From NCBI GenBank assembly GCA_963793595.1, contig CAWCBX010000054.1:13943-77942 (forward strand): a stretch of DNA of 64,000 nucleotides, read 5' to 3'. Source of the DNA: an uncultured Gammaproteobacteria bacterium (GTDB lineage: Bacteria > Pseudomonadota > Gammaproteobacteria > GCA-001735895). The notes under the pieces were generated by a model that worked only from the letters and a program-made list of their open reading frames with translations, was not told the DNA's origin and did no database searches. Shown piece after piece: positions 46,280-56,715 of this stretch. Both the position numbers and the translations under genes were made by a program. Each line of letters starts with the position of its first letter. Position 1 is the first letter of the stretch.

Positions 46280-47745
46280 GGCGCGATGGCGCGATGCTAT
46301 CCCCCTCATCGGGTACTGACCCCCTAAGTAAATCCCCGCTAAAAATAGAGTCCGAAACATCAAAATACAGACCAAAATCGCTATAAACGCTCCTATAATA
46401 ACAGTTTCGAACTCGAACCTTTGTCCGAAGCTCTACTGATGGGAATAGTGTCCCAGCTTGCCCCTTTGGGGTATCCCCCAGCTTCATACGTGGTCACGGT
46501 GCTTGACAACTCGGGCAAGCTGGGGCAATAAACTCGTCGAGATACACGCCCCGTCGACTCCAGCCCATCGTTCGACCCGTCCGTCGACCATCTTCGCCGT
46601 ATTGCCGCCGATCAAATGGCCACCAACGCGCCACCCGACCATCGATACTTCGAGTACTACGCATGGGTGAGCATCTGTGTGAAGGAGCGGCGAAGATACG
46701 TCCATTGAGGCCGTCGATTCGGCCACACCCGTCCTCCAACTTCGGCCGAAAAACACCACAAATCACACATATTGAGTGGCGGCTACCGGGGCCGTATCGT
46801 CGCATTCCGGCCCGGCCGACCACCCCACTACCTTCATACAACAATCAACCGATAGTCCATCGTCGATACAGGTAAGGATATTGCAGAAGGGGAGGATAAT
46901 GGACGACGGTATCCGATGGGTGTTTTGCTGTTTTCGAATAAGAGGACGACGGACGGACGATGCCCTTTTCTGTATTGAAAAATCCCGCGGTCCGTGCTCC
47001 GTCCGGTTCCGGTCCCTACCCGTATCATCACATCGGGCCGTGGTTGACCAGCAAAAATGGCATTCCGTCCTAGCCCACCACCCTCATTCTCTTCCCCACC
47101 TCGGGTGCGATGAAATATGCGGAAGCGGCGTGATGGCTTGGTCGTGGGGCCGAGCATTTCCATGCCAGGCATGAAGGTATCCTCTGTTTCTGATTTTTTG
47201 TACTTGATGGGGGGTACCTGGGCTGGTCCTGACGAGCCAGGATATGCACCATATTGGTAATATAGAGCGCCATTATACTCTCAATATGTATTAGGAGGCA
47301 GGGTGTAATCCTGGTCAATAATTTCTACTGTTTAGTGCTGTTTTGGGTATCATTTCATTATCACTTGAAATCACTAACAAAACACGTGGACCAGGAAAAC
47401 CATGGTCATAATAGAGGACGAATATAACGATAAAATAATCATAGCTACATCCAACTACACCTAACAATACCTTCCCAACACATAGATCAATAGTATGCTG
47501 CAATCAAAGGTGGGGGGTTGAAAAAAAGTTGTTACTGTCTTACAAGGCGGACTGAGGGTAATAGCTGCGTGCATTGGCGTGTGTCGTTAGTTCCAGTCCC
47601 GTGTACCGTCGTCATGTGCCGTCATGCCCTCGTCCTCGTTGCCTCGGCCTCGTTGCGATTCTCCTTATTACTATTCCTTACTTACTGTCGCAGATACGCC
47701 TAGTAGAACCGACAAGGACGATGACAGTTCCTTGAGTTGGAGAGA

Positions 47746-49137
47746 ATGGGATTGCTCAGCTGGTCAGTGTCTCTCATTCTCAACACATCATGCATCGCAT
47801 CATGGGCCAGCTTTCCTCCTGCCTTTACTTTTACTAGTAGCTCTACCGGTACGACATGTACGAGTACTAGTAGAAGTACTTGGCTGCTTCTGCAGCAGAC
47901 TTCACGCCATCGCCATACTGGTAGCCAAAGGGTAGTGCATGTATTGTACAATGATCCGTCATCCAGTCCCGAGAAAGTGTCGTCGAAGAGCCTTCCAACC
48001 TTATCAATAAGACCAAAGCAGGTTAGAGAAAAGCCAAAGGCGCGTCGCCCACGAGGCTACTGGTCGGATAGAGACAATCTAAGACAAGAAATCGAATTGT
48101 TCTGGCATGATGTTGGAGTAACAACAGCATCCCCTTCCACCCTATCACCGATACCAAACGAGGCGCTGCTCAATCATTTCGGTCGCAATGACTTACGTTG
48201 GGCGATCGCCCGACACGGTGGGCGGGAGGCGGTATCAGAATGGATGGGTGGTGCGCCACTCGTGCCGGGGAAATGGGCCGAGGCTGTAGCGACCTGTTCT
48301 GAAGTACAGCAGCTATTGGATCCATCCAATGTTGCTGGAAGGAAACTGTCTGCCGATATTCCGCCCAAATCTCCACAGACAAAGAATAGAAATATTACTA
48401 GAAATTCTAGTACAAGTACAAAGCCTCGATGGAAGCACAGACCGGGACGAAAACCGAAGGGATATTGGACTGAAGAACGAGTATTGGTAGAGTTCTTGAA
48501 ATATCTATATGACTGCAAGCCGGAAATGAACAGACCATCAGTTTGGATGCCGAGGCCAAGCGAATTACCACAAGATCTTAAGGGGGCAGTCGCCAGATTT
48601 GGAGGCAAGAAGAAGATATGTGAACAGTTACAACTCATACCGTTCAACGAATGGAATTACTTTGAAATGCAGTTCCAGCTTATATTGGAGCTGCAAAAGT
48701 ATTTGGAGGCAAAATCTGGTCCCGGTAGTCCGGCAGAGTATTGCTTTCCGCACATGTCAGACGTATTTGATGATGATGAGTACAAGACTCTGTATGATCT
48801 GGTGCAATACTTTGGTGGACGCAAGTTTGTAGCCAGTAGGCTCGGTCTGGAGCTGTGTGGAGATGCAAACAGCAATAGAAGGGCTTGGGAAACAAGCTAT
48901 CAACGTACCGACCTTACACAAATTTCTTTTGGCCGATTCAATTTAGATTTTGCAGTAAGATTACTTGGCTTCATACGCAATGATTTGATGGAGAAGAGGC
49001 CGCCATTAAAGCCCGCTACTATTCAAATGCCCAGAAAAGAACTACTTCTGGCGCGGGGAGAGACTCGTCTTGCGGAAGAAATTGAAATGTACGGCGGATA
49101 CGAAAATGTTGCTCGTCGATTAGGCCTTGATTTTTAG
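47746..49137 (+). CDS. hypothetical protein with four ~90-aa repeat modules (GYW...GG...LGL)
   Basis: First ATG at 47746 (MGLLSWSVSLILNTSCIASWASFPPAF, signal-peptide-like). The modules are RGYWSDRDNL...IARHGGREAVSEWMG, KGYWTEERVL...VARFGGKKKICEQLQL, ...LVQYFGGRKFVASRLGL and ...IEMYGGYENVARRLGL. Confidence 0.6.
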   Translation: MGLLSWSVSLILNTSCIASWASFPPAFTFTSSSTGTTCTSTSRSTWLLLQQTSRHRHTGSQRVVHVLYNDPSSSPEKVSSKSLPTLSIRPKQVREKPKARRPRGYWSDRDNLRQEIELFWHDVGVTTASPSTLSPIPNEALLNHFGRNDLRWAIARHGGREAVSEWMGGAPLVPGKWAEAVATCSEVQQLLDPSNVAGRKLSADIPPKSPQTKNRNITRNSSTSTKPRWKHRPGRKPKGYWTEERVLVEFLKYLYDCKPEMNRPSVWMPRPSELPQDLKGAVARFGGKKKICEQLQLIPFNEWNYFEMQFQLILELQKYLEAKSGPGSPAEYCFPHMSDVFDDDEYKTLYDLVQYFGGRKFVASRLGLELCGDANSNRRAWETSYQRTDLTQISFGRFNLDFAVRLLGFIRNDLMEKRPPLKPATIQMPRKELLLARGETRLAEEIEMYGGYENVARRLGLDF

Positions 49138-49223
49138 CTACGTAGCAGTACGGTATCGAAAAGGTCAAAGTTATGCTGATGATTAGTTCATTGCTCCACA
49201 GCGCCTATCTAATCCAATAAAAA

Positions 49224-51029
49224 TCATTCAGCTGCCTGCATTTGCAAAAATGCTTGCTTCATGTCATCCATCTGTTCTTCAAGATATTGAACCCTGCTCC
49301 TCAGCATAGATATATAGTACGCCATTGCTACGACGACGAGAGATATGATAATTACATCGTAATGCAGAAACGGCGTTCTAGCTGGGGTGGAGACAGCTTC
49401 AGTGGCTGCCAACGAGGTGTTCTTTTCCTCTACTGAGGCGGCTTCAGCTGACTCGGCCTTTTTCTCGCCTAAAGCGGACGCAACCATGTCCAAGTATTTG
49501 GTGTACATTGTGGTGTACTCTTGCTTTGTGTTGGAGTCAATCAGTTTCTTGAGCATTGTACTCTTCGAGTAGTGCACCTGGAAAAGGACCGTCATTGTTA
49601 CACCGCCAGAATCACTGGGTTCAATCATCCACATATCCTCAACATGGAAAGCATCTGCGGCAGGAAATCCCTTCCCATACGTGCATGACTTCAGAAGCAG
49701 ACCATGTCCTCGTATAAAATGACAGAATTGATGCTTCTCCATGGCTGCCGACGATGGTCCGAGCTTATGCTTGAGAGGATGACGAAACTTTATAACTCTC
49801 TTGTCGCCACTGTATTCTCCGCATTCAGCCCAGCTTTCAACTTCTAGCTCAAAGTCGCCGATTCGTGATGTTTGGAACTTGCCAAATGCAAAGGGTGCAT
49901 CATCTTTGAGGAATTTGTCGTGAAATGAATCCAGATTGCACGATAGATGAACGTTATCTAACGCAGTCTCCTTGAGCTTCTTTTCAGTAAGGGTCGACCA
50001 AAGCTGCGCTGGAGCTTCTGCTGCAAGAGGTGCTTCGATCATGTCATCTAGATGGTGTTGCTCCTCTTCAGACAGCATCTCATGATCCGATGAGGCTGAT
50101 TCTGACTCTGCCGTATCAAATTCACTCATACTAATTCTATCGAAAGTATCTACGGATTTAGACCGGAGACGTCTGTGATTCTTCTTTCTACGTTTGCTGT
50201 TCCGTCTCGTCTTGGGCCACTTCATCGATTGTGATGCATCGCTTAAAGTTGAGAAGGATTTGAGCCGGTCAGTCACGCTCGTGCCACCGCGTGATGCTAT
50301 GGCACCGCTTTCGTCGGAATAAGATTTTCGAAGGGCATCGGCATCGGCCAGAGCCAGGCCGACAAACGTTGCCGCCTGCGCAGAAGGAGCCATGGCACCG
50401 GCACCAAAAGCACCAAAGGAGGAGCTTGCCGGTGTAGATCTACTATCCGACCTCGATGCACTCGTATTGTTGTTGCTAGAACCCGCACGTGCGGAATGTA
50501 ATCGACCAATGATATCATACACTACATCTCGATCATTGAACGATCGAAAGTTGTGATCCAAGCCAGCGCTGTCCTTGACGCAAATGCCGCTGTTCTTGAT
50601 TTTCGACACACGCGTAATTTCCGTCAATCGAAGGATGTACTTGCTTTCTGATCCGAATAGATTGGAATAGAAACATATGGCATTATTTGCGAGGTACAGC
50701 CGACCGCTGTTGCGCTTGTAGCTGCACGAGTAGTCCCCTACGACTGATCCGATGGCTGGACCGAAGAGGGCTCGAACGATTTCTGTAGTGTATAGTGATG
50801 CCGATGCCGCCGAATTTGCCTTATTCCTGCCGCTGATTGGTTTGGCGGCATCATCATCGCTGATCGTGCATGATGGATCGTTGTCAGCACGAGAACTGGA
50901 AAGGGCCAAATTATTTTCCTTCTCTCCATCGGATGTGCCAGTGCCGCCGAATACATCTTGTGACCACGAAACGTTGAGGCCAGCGGCTTCCTGCCTGGTG
51001 TCGCCGCTGGAAAAGGCTCTGGCTCTCAT
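49224..51029 (-). CDS. GRAM + VASt domain lipid-transfer protein (Lam/Ltc/GRAMD1-Aster-like) with a C-terminal TM anchor
   Basis: ATG at 51029. GRAM region LYLANNAICFYSNLFGSESKYILRLTEITRVSK. VASt-like region FHDKFLKDDAPFAFGKF...RVIKFRHPLKHKLGPSSAAMEKHQF...VTMTVLFQVHYSKSTMLKKLIDSNTKQE. TM segment VIIISLVVVAMAYYISML. Confidence 0.8.
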   Translation of the reverse strand: MRARAFSSGDTRQEAAGLNVSWSQDVFGGTGTSDGEKENNLALSSSRADNDPSCTISDDDAAKPISGRNKANSAASASLYTTEIVRALFGPAIGSVVGDYSCSYKRNSGRLYLANNAICFYSNLFGSESKYILRLTEITRVSKIKNSGICVKDSAGLDHNFRSFNDRDVVYDIIGRLHSARAGSSNNNTSASRSDSRSTPASSSFGAFGAGAMAPSAQAATFVGLALADADALRKSYSDESGAIASRGGTSVTDRLKSFSTLSDASQSMKWPKTRRNSKRRKKNHRRLRSKSVDTFDRISMSEFDTAESESASSDHEMLSEEEQHHLDDMIEAPLAAEAPAQLWSTLTEKKLKETALDNVHLSCNLDSFHDKFLKDDAPFAFGKFQTSRIGDFELEVESWAECGEYSGDKRVIKFRHPLKHKLGPSSAAMEKHQFCHFIRGHGLLLKSCTYGKGFPAADAFHVEDMWMIEPSDSGGVTMTVLFQVHYSKSTMLKKLIDSNTKQEYTTMYTKYLDMVASALGEKKAESAEAASVEEKNTSLAATEAVSTPARTPFLHYDVIIISLVVVAMAYYISMLRSRVQYLEEQMDDMKQAFLQMQAAE

Positions 51030-52530
51030 GGTGGCGATACTGTAAAGAGCGAGTGCTTGCTCTGCTACTAGTACGGTATGTAGAGAGAGTAGATCTACTC
51101 GGACCAAGGTGCCGCCGCTCAGAGGAGGTCAGGGTGCACGTAATGTAAACAAGCAGACGGTGCGCAGGCGCTAGGCGGCGGCTGTGGCTTCGCTTCATGC
51201 TTCGCCGCTCGTTCGGCTTTTTCCCGACCTCAAAAAATCGATCGCACACACGGCACGGCGGCGGCGGGCGCGCGCGCGGCGCGGCGCGGCGCGGGCGAGG
51301 GAGGGTAATCTCGGTATTTGACACGGCGCGCTCGCGAAACTGCCAAGAAAAGGAAACACATGCAACACGCTAATCGTGCTAAGAGCTATTAACAAGGTTG
51401 TCTACCTGAGACCTTCGTACCTGTTAATCGCTATAACTTAATAGCTCGGGTTACGCAGTATGTACTAGGAGACTTTGACTGAGAGCAAGACAGTTTCGCT
51501 CCCCTAATTGCGTTTCTCCGCTGCTTTGAGCTGCGTCATCTACTACACCTAGTAATACGCCTCATATTCGACATCTCAGTCGGGGTTGCGCGTGCCGCGG
51601 GAGTGCGCTGGATGCCGAAAGCCAGGCAGAGCGAATGGCCGTGGGGCGCCCGTCAGTATCTCAGAGCTGTACTACGCAGACAATTCCTCTGACTGCTAAT
51701 ACTAGAAGGTGCACCAGATTCTGGATCTAGCTATGCTGCGTAGCGTCGCAGTATCGTCAGCGATACTACCGTCGTAGTTGGATTGACGCTACTGAAGTAC
51801 GACGGGCTGCTGCTTCTCTTGGCACCTGCGTGGCTAGCCGTCGACGGGAGCGTCTGGTGACCTGGTTTCCGCTCACCCTTGTGGCACGCCGTAACCACTA
51901 GAGTAGGCGAATGAATCGAATCTGAGTAATGTCATCATCAAAAGAACGCAAGCCGGCCAGATCTACTCAAATCCCCTGCTTTGACTACCTACCTTGGTCG
52001 CAATCTCGAATATCTTTGCGGTGACAGCAAGTCAAGTGATGGGTGACAGCGCGGTGCGGTGACGAACGCGAACGAAGACGACCGCCACCATCGAGAGCCG
52101 AGCGCGAGAGCCACCCTGAGACAACCTTCCCGACCTTCCACCTTCTGAAGTAAAGCAAAAGTGAAACTTGTAAGTGGGCACGAAGCGTCTATGTCGTGAG
52201 GCTTGGTAAAACGCTGTTGTTTGTTCGTTGGGATCAGCGGGTGTCAATGAGATATGATTTCTCTCTCTAGAGAGACGCATCTTGTGTGTTTTGGCGCAAA
52301 TAGGAAAAGTAAATGATTGGTTGATGTTTGTTTTTGATGGACCTTCTGCCATCCTGGCATAGCAGCTTGCGTGGATTTATGTGGACCGGTGATGGTTCAA
52401 CGTTGGCGGGGGGGGGGCTTATCGAACACCTCCTCGTCGCACCGCTGGCCTTGTGGTACAACCGAGGAAATCCGTCTTTTCCCATTTTTTTGGATTTTGT
52501 GTCCTCGCATTCTTATTTTATACGTGTAAC

Positions 52531-53541
52531 ATGAATCGTAAGGACAACAAAACTAACTCTATCCTCGCCATTTCTACTGCCACCGCTATTTGCTATTTAA
52601 TTCATTCATACCTCTATCCTAAAAGAAAGAACGACAAAATGGAGGGACTTACCAAGCAAGTTGAGGGAATTACCAAGCAGGTAAAGGGTGCTCTGCACCT
52701 TTCCAGGCCCGCCGGTTCGTCCACAGGCAACCCACCCAAGGAAGGCGAGCGCAAATACCTCATCGGTGGTAACTGGAAGTGCAACGGTACCGTCGCCTCC
52801 CTCACCGAGCTTATCGACACCTTCAACAAGGCCGGTCCCATCCCCGCCAACGTTGAGGTTGCCGTCTGCGCTCCCTTCATCCACATCCCCCTTTGTCTCT
52901 CGAAGCTCCGTGACGACATTGCCGTCGGTGCTCAGAACTGCGGCGTCAACGAGAAGGAGGGTGCCTACACCGGCGAGATCTGCGCCTCGCAGCTCAAGGA
53001 CATCGGCGTCGAGTGGGTCTGCATTGGCCACTCCGAGCGCAGGGAGGGCTTCGGCATGGCCGGTGAGGACAGCGACCTTGTTGCCAAGAAGGTCAAGGTC
53101 GCCCTCGATGCCGGCCTCAAGGTCATGTTCGCCATCGGTGAGAAGAAGGAGGAGCGTGAGAACGGCACCACCAACGACGTGTGCGCTCCGCAGCTTGCCC
53201 CTGCCGCCAAGCTTCTTGAGGAGAAGGACTGGGAGAACGTCGCCATCGCCTACGAGCCTGTTTGGGCCATCGGTACTGGTCTGACCGCCACCCCTGAGAT
53301 GGCTCAGGAGACCCATGCCTTCATCCGTAAGTGGATGAGCGAGAATGTCAGTGAGGCTGTTGCCAAGGCTATCCGCATCCAGTACGGAGGCAGCATGAAG
53401 GGCGCCAACGCCAAGGACTTGCTTGCCCAGCCTGATATTGACGGCGGTCTTATTGGTGGAGCCTCTCTCAAGGCTGACTTCTTCAATGTCGTCAACGGGC
53501 TCCCTAAGAGGAGTAACTTCATCTTATCTTTGGTAAGTTAA
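52531..53541 (+). CDS. TPI: triosephosphate isomerase with a ~75-aa N-terminal extension
   Basis: The core runs from KYLIGGNWKCNGT with CAPFIHIP, VCIGHSERR, IAYEPVWAIGTG, IQYGGS and LIGGASLK. There is strong GC3 codon bias. The first in-frame ATG is at 52531 and an alternative is at 52639. Confidence 0.9.
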   Translation: MNRKDNKTNSILAISTATAICYLIHSYLYPKRKNDKMEGLTKQVEGITKQVKGALHLSRPAGSSTGNPPKEGERKYLIGGNWKCNGTVASLTELIDTFNKAGPIPANVEVAVCAPFIHIPLCLSKLRDDIAVGAQNCGVNEKEGAYTGEICASQLKDIGVEWVCIGHSERREGFGMAGEDSDLVAKKVKVALDAGLKVMFAIGEKKEERENGTTNDVCAPQLAPAAKLLEEKDWENVAIAYEPVWAIGTGLTATPEMAQETHAFIRKWMSENVSEAVAKAIRIQYGGSMKGANAKDLLAQPDIDGGLIGGASLKADFFNVVNGLPKRSNFILSLVS

Positions 53542-53793
53542 ACAATTGTAGCTATCAGTAATAGATGGTCGTTAGAGAAGGGAGGTAAGGCTACTGGTTC
53601 AGTGAAGGAGACTATGCTGTATGCACTGTCGCGAAAAAACAAATACGAATGCAGCAAGTGCTTTTTTTGCACGTAGTATTCGAACATGGCTCGTAGAAGG
53701 ATCAATAGATATTATTAGCTCTAGATTATAGATAGTGACACATTTGATTCCTTAGATGGTATCGCAAACGAGTGCCTTAGTTTTATCGATACC

Positions 53794-55827
53794 TCATCTC
53801 TTAAATATTGCAACGGTTTCGACGTGATTGCTACCTGGAAATAAGACGTATCCCGTTGCACATTCAAGCTTCCATCCCGCGCACCGACAGCAAGCGATCA
53901 GAATCTCTCGCCAAGGCATCAAATCCACAGCTAACGTATATCAATTTGCGCACATCGTTTGCCCAGTTGACGGTGTGTCGAGGGGCAGTGAGGTACGTTG
54001 GATCCTCGGTATATTCTTGGTTAGGATTGGGGGGTTTACAGAGCTGGATCAATACTTCGTCTTCCAGACCCTTTCTTGGCGGGTCAACAATTAGTACATC
54101 AGCACCCAAAGCCTGGCCCTTATGAAGAGCTTCAGCGGCCGAGGCAACAAGATAACTGACCTTGCCATTCGCTGATGGTTCAGTATCAGTATCCGATCCT
54201 TGGTTCTCGGCTTGTTCCATTTGTGCCATTAGTTCCTGTAGGGTCATGCCCTCTTCGCCAGATATTTCCATCTTTTGACTGCCCGTATCCACGTGCGGCC
54301 TCTACCTCTGCCCTTTGCGAACCTTGATGGCCTGCCAGTCGCCTCTATTGGCATACTTCCAACTGATCGGTTGAAACAACGCGGATTGTTTGGATTCTCG
54401 TCGGAACATCTAAGCCAAACCAATGGTTCCTTCTTTTCATCTCCTTCGTCTCCAAACCATTCGCTCTCTTGTTGGGCTGCTTCAGCTTCTCTCGACCGAA
54501 GGCTTAGTGCCGTCAAGCCCAATACTCCTACTCCCGCGTACAGTTCAGAAACTTTGCTTCCGCCTGGAACTTCCTTCGCAACATGCCGAGCAATATTTTC
54601 GAACCCATCCAAATTACCCTGACGGAAAGCCTGCGGAGTGAAGTATAGCATCCCTCACGTTTCTCTGGATCGGTTCCTGGTATCAACTCCCTGATGAATT
54701 CCGGCCCATCGACTCGGGTGCCACCGACTAGGTCCACGAGCAAAGATTGCATTACCAGCACTGTCGTTACAGTGACACCAAATGGAATGAAATAGGCGTG
54801 GCTCAATCTTCTTCGCCTCCTTGACAAGTCGGCTCAGAGCTGGCTGAGTATCCTTTAGCTTCTCCGCATTCCATACCAGGGTGAGGCATATCTTCCCCGT
54901 ACTTCGCTCCACTTGGCATTGAACGTAGCGAAGTCCACCCTCACCAGTCTTTTCATTGTAAGCTGCAGTTCCAACGCGTTCTGTTGCCCGAGTCAAGGCT
55001 TCTATTGCTCGATTGATGGAGGGATGATGAACGACGCAGTGAGGTATGGGCATTACATCATGCGTACCTCGTTCGTACAGTCCGAAAATACATCCATCTC
55101 GTCCCCAAGACGACTTGGGAGCGACTGCAAGTTTGGCCTGAGTACGCCATTGCGTCAATTGAGAAGGTACAACGACACGATAAAACCCATCATCGTTCAC
55201 GGATTCTTCAGAATCATATTGAGAACCATGATTCTCGCCATATCTATCTCCTGCTTCTCCCCTAACGTTTATGTGGAACCGATGCTTACGAACAAAGGGG
55301 CTAGAGAAGTAACGCCTAGCCGACTTGACAATTTCTGTATCTGCAACTCTGGAATCAACGACGCATCCTGGACATTTGCCAAAGTGCTCGCAATCCAGCG
55401 ACCCCGAAAGACGATCGGCATTGATTTTCCTGGGAATGACAATGTCGTTCGATCCATCGGCTCGGACATTGGCATCGTGCCTATTATTGAAGCTAGTGCG
55501 TCTTGATTCCTGGCCACGGTCGTCTCCGAACCTCTTGAACGTGTCATCTCTGTCACGGTATCCTCTTCCGACACCTCTTCCACCACGACCACGTCCTCCA
55601 CCACTGCGTCCGCCGCGTCCACCACCTCGTCCGCTTCGTTGATTCGATCGGGCCGAGCGACGACGCTCTGCCGAGACTGCTAGGCTAGTTAGTGAAGGAG
55701 CCGGTTGATTGGAGGGTGCAAAGGCAGCTACCGTTGAAGCATGATCATTGTTTGGAAACACAAAATGGAACAACCAGAGTAGAAATGCAGCAATCTGCTT
55801 TGGCCGATGCCTTCGTTCCGTTGACAT
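53794..55827 (-). pseudogene. TrmA/RumA-family RNA (uracil-5)-methyltransferase, reading frame broken at >=4 places
   Basis: Homologous motifs are spread over five frames. These are CEHFGKCPGC and ...NDSAGNAIFAR, LVGGTRVDGPEFIRELIPG, MLYFTPQAFRQGNL...VSELYAGVGVLGL, LIVDPPRKGL...LIYVSCGFDALARD, and GWKLECATGYVLFPGSNHVETVAIFKR*. Confidence 0.75.
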
Positions 55828-56008
55828 GACTACTAGTACTCACTTCTTTGCTTCGGTGATGAACTGTACCGGTACTCAGTAGGCCTAGGACGAAAAGCAC
55901 GCCGAGAGAAGGCCAAGCTCAATTCAAGCGGATGCCGATAAATAAATGGGCGGTCGCGATGGCGTCCGTACGTCGACCGTCTGCACCCTGACTTCGCCTG
56001 AGTGCGCA

Positions 56009-56269
56009 GTCGAGGAGTCGAGTCGAGTGAGTCAGTCGAGTCGAGTCAGTCGTCGCGTCGTGCAGTCGGTCGAGGAGTCGTGAGTCGAGTCGAGTGAGTC
56101 GAGTCGAGTCGAGTCGAGTGAGTCAGGAGTCAGTCGAGTCGTCGTCGAGTCGAGTCGAGTCGAGTCGAGTGAGTCGAGTCCAGTCAGTCGAGTCGAGTCG
56201 AGTCGTCGAGTGAGTCGAGTCGTCGAGAGTCGAGGAGTCGAGTGAGTCGTCGAGGTCAGTCAGTCGAGT
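56009..56269. repeat. imperfect pentanucleotide microsatellite (GAGTC)n, ~260 bp
   Basis: Runs of gagtcgagtcgagtc with interspersed gagtgagtc and gtcgtc variants, lying between the divergent methyltransferase and DJ-1 genes. Confidence 0.9.
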
Positions 56270-56715
56270 AGATCTACATTACATGTAGTCGTCGCCGAGA
56301 GACGTGTGTGCCGAGAGGACGAGGACATGCATCATCGGCGTTCGGCGCAGTTGATCTCTCTAGACAAACTAACCGGCCAGTACGCGGAACCATGAAGGTA
56401 AGAGCGCCGCCGTATCTGTTGTCGTCTGTTGCCGTACGAAGCGGGGCGTGCCCCAGTACCAGGTAGAGGGGGCGTAATACATGTAGTGTTGGTTGCATTA
56501 TTGAATGAATGAAATGTCTTCGCGTCGAGTTCTAGAGTCGTCGAGTCGAGTCGAGTCTATCTAGATCTAGTCTGCAGCATCGCATACATGTCTGTATGTA
56601 ATGCCCATATGTTCAATGTACGAGCTCGTAGGTATCTTTCGCCCCGGGCTTTTCTGTTCCTCCGATAATCAATTTCTCACATGACATATCCATCCCATGC
56701 CCTTTACGTAAGCAG

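Noticed and set aside
46269-47503. A stack of overlapping 60-130 aa ORFs on both strands.
   Set aside because: They are mutually overlapping in several frames, Arg/Pro/Gly-rich and free of domain signatures. This is typical of GC-rich non-coding or degraded repeat DNA.
52606-53316. Long antisense and off-frame ORFs inside TPI (236, 198, 101 and 93 aa), and similar ones inside hemL, coaBC, the EAL gene and hemW.
   Set aside because: These are shadow ORFs produced by strong GC3 codon bias of the real gene. Their translations are low-complexity (Pro/Arg/Ser/Gly-rich) and carry no motifs.
54640-54745. Explaining the methyltransferase frame switches by tiny introns (10-, 28-, 44- and 78-nt GT..AG segments).
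   Set aside because: The candidates either do not restore the homologous frame, or remove conserved coding sequence (YFTPQAFRQGN), or are far shorter and weaker than the four verified introns (112-194 nt, GTAAGT/GTGAGT donors).
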